Part shown: one piece after another, positions 37,425-50,500 of the stretch
Layout: every line of letters starts with the position of its first letter
How positions within the stretch are numbered: the first letter of the stretch is position 1
Assembly (NCBI GenBank): GCA_973851085.1
Contig: OZ316776.1
Location: forward strand, 2,418,001 to 2,482,000
Length of the DNA: 64,000 bases
DNA from: Ptychomitrium polyphyllum
Taxonomy: Eukaryota
Direction: 5' to 3'
The notes under the pieces: model-generated
What the model was told of the DNA's origin: nothing
The model's database searches: none
Seen by the model: the letters and a program-made list of their open reading frames with translations, nothing else
Program-made: the position numbers and the translations under genes

Positions 37425-38257
37425 ATTTGCGGAAGCTGATGGATAGGAGAATGCAGAACAATGGCAACCAAAACCCGCCTTTCATGATGCCTGATGGCAA
37501 CTGTCTTGAATGTTGCATCCTAGAGATGATGCAATGGCAACCAAAACCCGCCTTTCATGATGCCTGATGGCAACTGTCTTGAATGTTGCATCCTAGAGAT
37601 GATGCAGCAGATTGCAAAAGGGATGAGATTTTTGCACCGAGAGGGAACTTTACACAGAGATCTCAAGGCCTCTAATGTACTCACTCAAACTCCTGGCCAA
37701 GCAAAGTTTGATCCAGTTAAATCCTGTCACGACTTGATGTATAAGGTAGCAGATTTCGAGTGCTCAATCGGGTCGTAGGCACAGGTTATTGGAGAGCACC
37801 AGAGATTCTAAAGGCTGTCAAGGATCGCACATGGCCCACCCAACCTAATCTGTTTACTCCAAAATCAGATGTGTATAGTTATTCGATGATATGCTACGAG
37901 ATCTTAACAGGTTGTACACCATTTGAGATTACTGAAGACATCCAGACCACAAAGCTTGATGATGTAATTCAAGGCAAACGACCCAAATTACCAGGACACC
38001 TGAAATGTTGGTTCAAGGAGTTATTGAAAAGATGTTGGCATGTGGACCCTTCCAAAAGGCCCTCATTTGAAGAAATAGTCAATGTTCTTGACAAAATTAA
38101 ATATCGTCATTGCCAGAGTGATTCTGAATTTTACAAAATCCATTGGGTAGATCGTGAATTAGAAGAGGATGTGAGCCCGAGAATTGGTTCATTTTGTTGT
38201 TTTTCATTAAAACGAACCAAAAATAGCATTAGTAGAGAGAGTTGGCATGATTTGTAG
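37425..38257 (+). pseudogene. Protein kinase C-terminal half (subdomains V-XI), disrupted
   Basis: LRKLMDRRM...QIAKGMRFLH...LHRDLKASNVL...KVADFECSIG, frameshift, VGTGYWRAPE...KSDVYSYSMICYEILTG..PF...CWHVDPSKRPSF. No N-lobe upstream. Confidence 0.88.
37459..37604 (+). repeat. Perfect 73-bp tandem duplication inside the kinase pseudogene
   Basis: CAATGGCAACC...GAGATGATG at 37459-37531 is repeated at 37532-37604. Confidence 0.95.
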
Positions 38258-40729
38258 TCAAATGGGTGAAATCATTGGTTAATTAGGCCTCCAGGGAACT
38301 TAGTATCATTAGGCTATAATAGAAGAGTTTAGGTTAGCTTTATGAACTAATCATAAAGATTATGGAGTAATTTGGAGTAGTGGAAAAGGAGAAAGATGAG
38401 GTAGCATTGTGGCTTGAGAAGCTTGAGCGGATTGCAACCAAAGGATCGACATAATGGAAATATTCTATTAGAAATTAGTGAGAAACTAGATGAATTCAAA
38501 ATAACTTCAATTCAGTTAGAAGCAACGCAGGGGAGGCAGTGAAAAGGAGGCAAAATGCAGAGAGAAAGCAACGGAAAGAGGAGACTGCGGAATTGAAGTG
38601 GAAGTGAGGGGCAAGACAAAGAGATCAAGAGAGTCAATTAGGGTGTAGGGAGAGGGAGAACCGAGATAAGAGGAGGCAGATGGTTCTGGCTGTGTAGTCT
38701 TGGTTTGGAGCCAGTAACTCAGTCAACACGGAGAATTCAGTTTTGGGAAAAAACAAAGAATTGGAAGTGCAGTGGTATAGGAGTTACTCAATTACAAGTT
38801 TGATTCAATGAGTTATCAATCGAGGTTGGAACCAATTGCAAGTTCGAACTAGGGAAGTTCGGTAGGAAGATGCTGAAGTCGGCAGTTAGGAATATGTACT
38901 TTAGTTAGGGTCCCACTTTGGTACTCTAGGGAGTACAGTTGTGGTTCTTGTTAGGCAAGCAGTTAATTCAGAAGGTTCATCAGTCAAGGAATTGGCGAGT
39001 GGAAGCTCTCCCAAAAAATCAGGTTCGGAGGAGACAAGAGCTAGGCGATCATTCTGGATTTGGAAAATGACCAACGTCTCCAAATATTCAATTAAGGATA
39101 CTTGCGATTGGAATATTTTGTGACTTCCGTGTACAGCAATCCATCGACCTGTAGGAAGGTGGAGCGGACTGCAATGGCACCGGCGGACTGCAGCGGATGG
39201 GCCAGCGGATGAGCGCAGTCAGCCAGCAACGACCATATTCATCCTCGACAAGGAGTCTTTGTCCCACTGCATTTAGTTGTAGTCATGCCAGTGATATTGT
39301 TACTATAGTTAGGCAATGCATAGACATACTGAACACTGTTGGTTACCGTTTGTATAGGAGTTATTAGAATTGTGTGGTACTCAACTAGTAAGTGCATTAC
39401 ACTTGCACCTCAACACTTATATAGAATCACCAACTCATATTCCTTAATGAATGTGACCACGGAGGACTTCTTGCACCAAGTTGAGTTACAGTTGCTTAAG
39501 ACATATTTAAATTAGACTATAATAAAAATTACATTAGACATCCATAAATAAGATTGTGTGATCCGATAACCTTCTTGATGAGGGGAAGGAGGTTTTGTTT
39601 GGTTTATAGGGGACGATGATTGTTCAAATGATTGATAGCGGCAAGGTATCTAAGGTTGCGTTTGAATCAGTAGGATTTTGGAAGTCGGAAAGGGGCAGAA
39701 AGTAATTGCCCATCCCAGAGTCCCGAGGTCACAAGGTCAACTCATCTAGTTCGTGTTCGAAAGCTGCCTGTCTGATTTCTTCCTTGTCGAATGTGCAAAA
39801 GGTGTTCATGTCTTTTCTGAAGAAACATACATGCATTAGACTGTCTGCATTAGTCCAAGCTTAGTCATATGTATCGTTTATTAGCTGTCAGTGCCTCGAC
39901 TGCAGACAGAAGCCACGTGCTGGATCAATTCATAGTATAAAGTAAATGATGACTCGCAAGCATATTCAGGAACATATACTGACAATTGCCAGTTATTTGC
40001 TCCTGATTACGCTACTTTGGTGGAGTTCATTCCAAAGTCTTCAACTTGAAGAGGAGCCAAAGTGGAAGGTGAATCTCACCTGAAAACCGTGGGATAGAGA
40101 GACAGACTTACCAGCGGGAAGAAGACTTGTGAAGATGGACCCAAGGTATTTCAAGGAAGCACTGTCATCTAGGTTTGGGGCCTTTACAGACAACGAGACT
40201 AAGTTTTTGTAGGAAGGTTAACCTTTGCAGCACCTAGGGTGCAGACGCTGAACTAACACTAGCAACATGTATAATTTATTATCTGATGTCCTTTCTGGAA
40301 TAGTAAGTAATGATCCAAGTTGACAAAATTCAGAAGGAATTCGTTAATATACTTATTGGAATTCCATAATCAACTCTTACACTCCATCTTCTCGTCTAAA
40401 TTCCCATTGCCACTCATTCCTTGGAACAAAGGGTTACGAGATGTGAAAGCTGTAACTTAAAAATGTGAAAATACAATTGATGCTTTCACGTACAGAGATA
40501 AAAGAGTGAGTCTAATCAACCCAATTTGCCTCAAAGAGGACACAAGGGTTCTAATGTGGAGTATTCTTGAAAACTAAGTCACAGATATCTGCCTACTTTG
40601 AACCTAATCAGCAACCAACCCAATTTGAGCACGATCTACATAAATACAAGCGTCAAGCCCTAAAAACTATACCATACAATTTTGATTATTATAGGCATCA
40701 AAGGACCTTTTGCACAGGTATTGAAGTCC

Positions 40730-43055
40730 TCAAACAGTTCTTACAAGACCCTCTTGTGGCAGTTCGATAAGAAAGGTATCTTTCTGTAATAACTCCGTCA
40801 TCATCTCCGTCCACAATTTAGCCTTCTCAGGACAAATACCCGATTTGCAGAAACCAGCTTTGCAGCACACAGCCTGAGAATCAAGTATCTTGTCGAGATT
40901 GGCGAGGACGAACGGGCCATATTCTACTACAAGCGCCTTACACTGTACACGAGGAGATCGAAGAATTCAGGACCAAGCTTGCACTTCAAACTCTTGATCA
41001 GAGTAGACGATAGGATAAAACAGAGCAAAGTAAACAAATCACTGAACGATGAATGATATGAGTAATATTGATAATCTGAATATCAGAAGACGGCAATAGA
41101 GTTGAACAAACCTCGTCAACATGGTTGGTGACACGGTTGCATCCATTCAAAAGTACGTCAAGCACCTTCTCCTGCAAAATTACAACAAACCGTTGTCGCA
41201 TCAGAACTACAACATACTCGTCGTTACAAGCTTGTACGTCTAAGATTAATTTTCGCCACTCAAAATTCAAACGGTTTAGGTTGTTCTACATGATGCGAAT
41301 ATAAACCCCAAACTTCTTAGAATACAAACATAGAGATATATACAAAAAAACAGCAACATCAGCAATAATAAACAGATCCTCAGCACGCAGAGTCTGAAAT
41401 CTCTGATTACGACGAAACATACCTGGGTCTTCGGGTCCTGCAATTTGATCTTAAGCTCCAGAATGACAAACTGACAGGTGGCACAGTCGTTGCTAGCTAA
41501 GACACGCTTTGGCGGCTTGCACACCTTGGTCATCTGACAAAACTCCTGAGGTGTGATATTCTCAAGCTGTTCCATCATTCGTGGGGTGTACATATCCACC
41601 AGCAGATCACACTGTCCACGATAAAAATTTATTAATCTACCACGAAGACAGCTGCTGTTCAAACAGAAATTAGTAGAGAAATAAACCGGTTTCCACTATG
41701 AAGCTGGCTTTCCTTTATGATAGACAGAAGCCTTCCATACCAGATGTCCAATAAGGATGACGACAGTGTGGACTGAACCAATTTTCAGCAAGTATTGTAA
41801 GGTAACGCTAGAGATTGAAAAGCAGAGGTCCATTTAATTACCTGCTTGCTTAGCTCTTTGAGCTGTGCACATGCAAGATGGAGAGCAATGACAATTTCTC
41901 CGCGAGTTCTGTTGTTTTCCAAGTAAGTCAAAGCGTCGGTGGCCAAGTCTTGACAAACCATGCACGACTTCCTCTCGTCTTCAAATGCGTTGAGAGCAGT
42001 GGCCGTGCAGAGGCCAGACTCGAAGCAAAGTTTATCTGGACCAAGAAGTGACTCGAGCTCCAAGATCACTTGCGGTACGTATTGATCCACCATCCTTTCA
42101 CACTGCCAAATGACACAAGACGTCAATAAAAATCTATATTTCATCCTCAGTCTTTGTTAACCCACCAAAAAACCCCCAACAGCGGTCACAAATACCAAAC
42201 GAAACTGAATCTTTGCCTATTTAATTTGTTACAAACTTCAGTGCAAAAATCAGCTACAAAAATAGAATGAAATTTTATCCAGATTAAAACAACAAAATGG
42301 TTACAAGCATGCTCCTTAGAACCGTCTTCAGAGCTAATGAGTCAACCTGGTTAATCCACTATTAGCATTCCAGATGGCCAGAAAACTGAACTACAACACA
42401 TCCAAATGTCGCTCAAGCAAGAGTCAAAACAACTGACCTTCTTCTTAAGCCCAGGCTGAAGAGGGTTGCACACAAGCTGATCTGCCACATTGATGACTTG
42501 CTTTGGCGTATCTGGGTCAGCCAACACCATCTGCGCTTCTTGAGACAGCTGAAGACATGTGTCGCATAGGTTAATCTTCGCAACCCGTGCTTCCTTTCGA
42601 GTAAATTTTGCCAACCTTGAGATCGTGCCTTAATACAACAGGAAAAAAACATTGAAAAATGTTACAAGCTCGATTCAGCCTATGCTGCAGCAACGATAAG
42701 CAACTATGAACAAGTAGACTGCAACTTAAAAATAGACGAATTTATACGACCAACCCCAGTGCCAATTTCATTGTAGCGTAAGTCGTCTCAGAAAAATTCA
42801 ATAGTGTAAAGATATGGCCTCCTGTTCTCAAACCCTAAATTAAGAATAAGACATGAGTACAACCTAGGCACATACCAAAACAACCAAAAAATAGGATATC
42901 CCCTGTGTGTGGCAGCAACGACATCACTGAATTCTGGAAAGTGGAAAATTTTGCAGTATCATACCAAGATTGACATGCGAACCTTCCGCAAAGCTCAGCA
43001 CACACAGCAACAACGCCAGCACCGAAACTCCCCATATCAGCTTCCGTATCGCCAT
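40730..43055 (-). CDS. Prosaposin-like protein with signal peptide and three saposin B domains, 6 exons (43055-42965, 42628-42438, 42102-41842, 41611-41423, 41171-41112, 40942-40730)
   Basis: Signal peptide MAIRKLIWGVSVLALLLCVLSFAEG. Three CxxC...C...C...Y...C...C units (LCDTC, SCMVC, DCATC). GT-AG introns in phase. Confidence 0.92.
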
Positions 43056-46000
43056 AACGCCCGGCTCCACCTCAAAACCCCAAACTCCAAATTCCAAATT
43101 CCACCACCCGATCACACCTGTCAAACCAAAACCCCCATTCAATCACCCCACCGTCCACACACCAAGCCCCCAAAAACCGTCCAAACCACAAAACACACCA
43201 TGCAAATAAAACCGACCCCGACGAAACCCCAATCCACAAACGCATGCCCTCACGTCCACCACCACAAGGACATCCGGAACCCGACCCCAACGGTAAGAAA
43301 ACAGAAACCCTAAAACTCGCAGCAACGAAACCCGACCCCGAAAAGTAAAACCTTCGCAGGAGAACGAACTCATGCAACCAAGGTGTGGTCCGAGAGAGAG
43401 AACGAGAGGCTCACCCCAAGGGCAGAATGAAGCAAACTCTGCGCACAAGACGGAAAAGCTGGCCCAGGAAGGCCAAAATGAGAACGAAGGTGAGCTTGTG
43501 CAGTGCCGATTCGGTACTGCGACGATGCTCGCACCGCCATCGCTCGCTTCATCTTCTCTTTGCTTCGCTTTCACGACATCGTTGCGCGGTTCGCGGGCCC
43601 CATCCCCAACCCCGCCACCGCCCCATATCCCGGATCATCTACGTAATCACAACAAACAAATTCGTATAGAGCCTTCAGTCTATGAAAATACTTGATCTAT
43701 CCATGGACAATGACCATGCTAGAGTTTGACAGCATGTATGTCGATATTGGACTTGGTTCGTTAGAACGTAGAAATTTCGTAGATGATGTGCGGTTTTCGA
43801 AGGCGGCGACGGGTTTGGGTGTGTGACCGTTGCGTTAGTGACGGTCAGTGTACAGGTGCGGTGGACTGTGGAGATTGAGGTGTACGACTTTAGTAGATGA
43901 TAGTTTCTATTGTGGTGGTGTCGGGTTTTGGGTGTGCTCGTGTGGAGTGTGGGTGAGGAGTGGAGTCGGGGATGCTGTTTCGTCTCGGTGACGCAACGCT
44001 TCTGCTGCGTTCCCACGTCGGCACTCGTTTCGTGCGGAATTGCCACGTGGGTAGAATCAGTTCTCTGTCGTGACACACTTAGGGCCGAGTTGGAGCTGGC
44101 CCGATTCACACGGGATCGGGACATCGATTCAGTCTTTGTTTTGCTATTGGGCCACTTTAAATATAAGGCCCTCGGGTTGGCCTTTTCTTTTAGTGCAAAA
44201 TCCTTGTTGATTGAGGGCACCAGCTATTGATTGAGAGTACCAAATATTTTGGAGGGATACTATCACCTGACTCATGACCGTGGCTGGAGCTTGTTTCTGA
44301 TCTCCAACAAGGGGCGAGCTTCTTAACTTTCATCATCTCACTACAAAAGAACAAGGTCGTTTTTTACTAGTTTATATTATATAATATAACCTTCACTTCA
44401 TCAATTTTGGAAATTCAAATACCATAAAGGAGGTATTTGAAGAAATCGTTGTAATCTAAATCCATTCTAAATATGAACATTTTTAAGTTAAGATACTAAA
44501 ATACATGCATTTATTACATTTAAGAACAAAAATTCTAAATCAAATCCTTCCAAAGACTTTGCTTAGTTCTATAAAGCAATTTCTATAAGTGCTAGTTTTT
44601 TTCTTCATAGAGTATAAAAATCTCAAAGCTTCTATCATCTTTTGCAATGTAATCACAACCTCTCCATATGCATAGTTCCAAAGGTAAGCGGCCATTTTTT
44701 GGAGCTCTTTTTTCTCTTATATTTACATATTTCTTAAAAGCATAATAATTGTGGAAAAAACTTTATACAAATATAATATGACATATTATAATTTTTTTTA
44801 AAACTAACTATAAAACCAAAAATTAAAATTCTTATTTCCATTAAAGGTCCAAAATGAAAATAATTCCTTTGGCCATTTATTTCCAATACAATATTTTTTC
44901 TTTTTCAAAATCAATCTTCTTCTCAAAAATTGTCTTTGTCAGAGTTTTGCCCTTCTTTAAAATAAGATATTCCAAAATACCATCCTCATCTAGCTTCATT
45001 AGTTTCTTCAATTGACAAAACTTTGATGCCTTTTAAAAGAATGCCAAATTCAATTAATTCTTATTCTTCAAGCACTATGTTGAATGATCAAAAAAATCCA
45101 CAAAAACATAGTACATTAATAAGCCTTGGAGTGAAAGTAACTTTCAATTCCAATGATGCTAATAACCATAAATCTTCATTTTCAACATTTTTTGATAAAA
45201 AAATTATTATTAATTCATATGTGCAACACATAAAATATTTTTTTAAAGTAATAAAAGTAGACATCTATCACAATAAAATTAAACAAGCAAAAAATTCAAA
45301 TGTATTTTTTCTAAAAAGAAAGTGATGAATAATACCTTTATAACTCCAAAATGAATTATAAGTCATAATATCTAGATCAATGTGAAAACAACAATTGTAC
45401 TTATTTATAACACAAAAGGTTATATAAATGTTTTTACCTTATAAAGCTTCTTTATAATTATATCCTATGATTAAACTAATTTTTCTTTATAAATAAAACA
45501 CTTGGATATTATAATTTAAAACATTTTGATGCAAACATTGTTAGTTCTTTTTGCAACCTTGTAAACCTTGGAATTCAAATATTTATATCTAATATATAAA
45601 ATATATAATATAATAAGATAAATCAAAGAATTGAAAAAATCTAAAGGTACAATAAAGAGCATGTTAATTTGAATATATATGAAAGATAAGAAAAATTAAA
45701 ACTCACCAATTAATACTGCTTGTTACTCATTTTGTTGCAAAAAAATTCATTGTTTATTCCTAAGTAAACTTTGATCTATCAATGTTTTTGCAATTAAATT
45801 CCAAAAACAACATTGCTTTGGTCATTAAGAATAATTTTGCTTTTGTAAAATAATATTTTTCAAACTTACAAAGAACAAAGTTAAAAGCTAATTTAAAAAA
45901 TATATAAATAGACATTCTATTTTTGTATAACATAAAAATTATTTAATGAAACTTGTATTAATAGATTTTGAATTCATTTCTCAAAACCTATATTTCAAGA

Positions 46001-46935
46001 TAAAACTTATAGAGTATAAATCTTCAAATCCCTCTTTTTTTCCATTAATAATGATATAATTATTTATTTTATATTTTACAAAATGCCAAAGTAAAGAATT
46101 AGATTTTACATCAAACTCTATTTTGTATTCTTAATAATAAAACTTATTACCATTACTTTCCTCAAATAAAATTGGATCTTCAAATAGGAATTAGGTCATG
46201 AAAATATAATGATCTATCTTGAACATTTGATCAATTTTGGTATATAAGTGGTCATATGGAATGGTTGAAAAATGTAAATATAATTAAATTACTCTATAAG
46301 GCAAAATTTTCCTATCAAATAAGGTTTCTTCAAATTTATCAAATAAGATTTCTTCAAATTTTTCAAATATTTAAGTGAAAAGTTAGACTTGATGCAATAA
46401 AAAAATAAAGAGCCATTATATCTGTAATATAATGGCATTTACGGAGGTCTTGTACAATAATAAAAGTAAAAGAGCAAGCAGTGAAAGTAAAATATTAAAC
46501 AATAAACAAAAGAAATATTACTCATTGAAATATTACTTATCGATTGAGCTATTTCTAACCATATTATGTTTGAAAGAAAAGTTTACCTTTGTAGAATAAG
46601 AATCTTACAAAAAGAACACAACTTTTCACAATATGATTTCCAATTTTGAACTCAATTCAAGAATTGAGAATGGAAAGCACTTCAAACAAAGTATCATCAT
46701 GGAGGTTCTCCAACATGCAAAGTATGTGATGATACTTTAAACCATCCCCACACTCCCTCCCAATGCTGGGCATGCCGTGGGTTTACGTCCTCCCTGCAAG
46801 TAGCAGATGTAGGTCTTGAAATTGGAAGCTCCAGGATACTCGACAACCCATATGTGCGGAGGCCCTGTTTAAGGGCACCCGGTCTTCCGGTACCCTAAAA
46901 ATAGCCTCCAGCAAACCAGAATCATCAGAAAGGAA

Positions 46936-47006
46936 TGCCACATGGCAACCGAATCCACGGCCAATTCGCCACGTGTCCATCACCTCGCGACGGAGTGCCC
47001 ACGTCA
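46936..47006 (+). promoter_or_regulatory. ABRE/G-box cluster upstream of the OSCA gene
   Basis: GCCACGTGTC (46968-46977), CCCACGTCA (46998-47006) and a near match GCCACATGGC within about 70 bp. Confidence 0.4.
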
Positions 47007-47536
47007 CCACGCCGGTATCGACGCCCGAGGGTAAAGTAACGGTTTTTAGCTTGAATCTCCCTTCATGAAGAATGTACATTGCTGCGCCTTCGTTTCTTCA
47101 GGAATTGTACATAATTTCGGGTTTGGGTGCGATGACGGGTTTGTGTACTCATGGAACAGTGACGACTTTTCGACTGTAACGGTTTTGGGGTAGGAGGAGT
47201 TTATACGTAACTTATCTAGATTTTCAAAGTTTAATTCTATGAAAACTGTAGACAGTGTTGGTTTTGGGTCATCTTCTCACACGGTAGTGCGCAGCGATGC
47301 CGTCTGCGAGGAGAATGCGATAGCGAGGAGAATGGCGACATGGGCCGTTGAATGCATCGCGTGGGACTCGAAGCAGGCGATCTGCGCCCTCCAGGAGCCC
47401 GAAACGACGTGGAGTTTCTTCCAGTTTTGACTGTTTTCGAGGGATTCTACGCCCGGTTGCGAGGATTCTGGGGGATTGTTTGGGATGCAGGGACGGATGT
47501 GGAGAAGGTGGGCGCTGTTCTAGACGATTGGTGGCT

Positions 47537-50500
47537 ATGGAGATTTTGGATTTGGCGACGTCGGCGGGGATCAACATAAGCTTGGCCATTCTGTTTCTGG
47601 TGCTGTACTCCTTGTTCCGGAAGAACCCGCGGAATGCTGGGGTGTATAATACGCGAGAGATGCTGCGAGAGCGCCGCAAGGAGGTGAAGCGGGAGCCCTT
47701 CTCGCTGGACAACCTATTGCCGTCGCCGGGGTGGGTGATGCACGCGTGGAACCCCTCTGAGGATGATATTCTGGAGTCTGCTGGTCTGGATGCCGTCGTC
47801 TTCCTGCGCATCTTCAAATTCTGGTCAGTGCATCCAATCTTCTGGTCGAAGTAATTTCGGGGAAGGCTTTTGCAATGCGCTTGCGAGTATTTGATTTTAA
47901 GCATCCTGGATTTTGGACAAAATTTTTGGAAGAAACTCAGCTAAGAGCTTCGCGCACAGTTGTTCTGTGAACGAAAATTTCAGCTCGTATGGTGCTTCAC
48001 GTCAGCCATTACTATAGCAGTGTTTTCCTTTACATCTTTTTTCCTTTCTTATTCTTACTATAAATCCACTGGGATCATAATTAGGTCATGTTTCAGTGTG
48101 TTCGTCGAGTTTGGAATTTATGCACGGTTATGTGAGGCCGAAGATGCTGCGTTTGGAATCATTTTACCAGAGAAACTTATGACTTGCCAGTAGCACTTGC
48201 ACAAGGAATTGACTGTGAAAGTTGAGGAAGTTGAATGTATCTCCACTTTCTCGTTGCTGTCAAATGAGTGACATGGTTAGGGTTTATGGAGTGCAGTATC
48301 CGTTTTTTTACAATCTGCACGCTGGTGGGTTGCGGCATTCTGATACCACTCAACTACAATGACACATACATTGCCGATCACCCATCTGGGAAAGCTGGAG
48401 AGGATGGGACTTTGGAGAAGATGACGATTCTCAACATCTCGCAAGGGTCGTCACGGTATGCTTCTTGTCTGGGTCACTCTGCTGTATTCTGGGTCTATCA
48501 GTGACAGGCTGGTCAATTGAATGTGCGTGTCGTGTGATGTGTGGGAGTGTTGTGTGTGTAACAGGCTGTGGTTTCATCTAGGAGTACTCTACTTCATCTC
48601 ATTCACTGCTTACATCCTGCTTTATTTGGTTCGTCCAATCTCTCGTAACCCTTGACACTTTTGACACTCTCCTGTCCTGCTTCTATTAGTGTTACGTGTT
48701 GAAGACCATTACAAAGACCTTTGTTACTCTTTATCCAAGAGTCCGATTATAATGTGGGAATATTTACACTCCTTTTAATCTGGACGTCGATGAACTGTTT
48801 GTGTAGGAGTATCAAAACGTCGCAATGCTGAGGCAAGCTTACCTAATGTCAGCGAGCCCACAACCTGATCAATTTTCGGTGTTGGTTCGTAGTATTCCGA
48901 AGCCAGATGAAGGGGAGTCCTACAGTGAGATAGTGGAGAAGTTCTTCGTAGAATTTCATCCCTTGCACTACCTTTCACATCAGATGATCTTTCATTCTGC
49001 TGAATTGGAGAACTTACTGGTGCTTATCTTCCCTTCTCTATCAGTTCTGGCAGCTTCCACATTTGTTGAATCTTGGTTTGTCCCGCAGTATGCAATTTTC
49101 GATGGGGTATTTCTGTAGAGAAAGCTTGTTGGTACATGGGATTCTATATGACTTGGAGTGGCCAAGCCATTTGAGATTTTTACGTGAGTGTTGTTTAATA
49201 TTTCCAGAAAAGATTTGAAAACGTGAAAGGTAGGGTCTTAGCTTTGAAGACTACACCTGTCAATAAACGACAGCCATGTCGAACAGGCTTCCTGGGACTC
49301 TATGGACCGAAAATGGATCCTCTAGAATATGAAACTCAGAAGCTTGAAGAACTCTATGGGCTGATTCGTGAGCGGCAGGCCAATATATATAATAGGAAAG
49401 AGGTAAGATATGTGCCTTTCAAGTTTCAGCTTGTATATGTATGTCAGTTTGTGTAACAAAAAGACTCGTTAAGTTTACCATTATTTCCTGCTTGTTTACC
49501 TGCTTAGAATCATCAGACTGTTTCCCTTGGTACTATAGTATAGAGCAAGAGAGTTCTTGGAAGATCAGGTGTCTATGGTTGCAAGAGTATGCAGGGCACG
49601 ATCTTTTATTGTATGGCCGGCTGGCCTTTACGATCTTGACAGGAATTGCCAGCAGCATTTGTTTCGTTCAAAACACGGTGGGAAGCTGTTGTAGCTGCTC
49701 AAACGCAGCAATCAGTCAATCCTATGTTGTGGGTTACAGAATGGGCTCCAGAACCGAGGGATGTTGACTGGAACAACTTGAAGATCGGCTATAAACAGCT
49801 ACTGATACGTGGGATTTTAGCAGTGGTTACAGCCACTCTTATTACCTTATTCACTGCGCCTGTGATAGGTTCGATCCAACTATTGGCAAATGTTGACCAC
49901 TTGACGAAATATTTGCCTGATCCTATCGTCAAGGTGTTGTTTGAAATGTAAGCCTCTTACTAATCACGGTTCTCGATTCTTTGATGCCGTGCGGAAACTT
50001 AATTTTGTATTTAGTTCAATTGCTCGCAATTTTGTTGATGTTTAACGAACAAGCTCATTTCATAACATATCTGTTTTAGGGCAGTCCTGGGGTGAAGCAG
50101 GTGGTGCAGGGCTACCTTCCATCAATTTTAGTGGTTGCAGTTTTATACGGCCTCCCCCTAGTAATGTTTTTCTTAGCCAGATTGATGGGACGTGTTTCCA
50201 TCAGCCGTCAGGAGAGGAAGGCAGCTGGGATGGTCTTTAATCTTTTGGTAGTCAATGTGTTCCTGGTGGGTATTTTGGGGACTTCTATTTTCCAAATCTT
50301 GGATACGTATTCATCCGATCCACGCAGCATCCCAAGGCGCCTTGCCGAAGCAATTCCAAGCAAAGTGAATTACTCGGAACCCTATCTAATCGTATCTGAA
50401 TTGTCATTGACTTAGCACTTTGGAATGTTGTTGCAGTGGTTATATTCTTGTCTTCATTTTAATGACCATTGTCTTTTCACGTGCAGGCATATTTCTTCAT

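Noticed and set aside
38300..39400. Purine-rich stretch resembling a retroelement gag or LINE remnant
   Set aside because: No diagnostic motif, terminal repeat or TSD found.
42835..44230. Cluster of ORFs around the saposin 5' end
   Set aside because: Low-complexity UTR, intron and promoter sequence.
44350..46700. AT-rich block as a decayed DNA transposon, with a short 25-bp tandem repeat near 46313-46370
   Set aside because: No TIRs, TSD or transposase motif could be supported.
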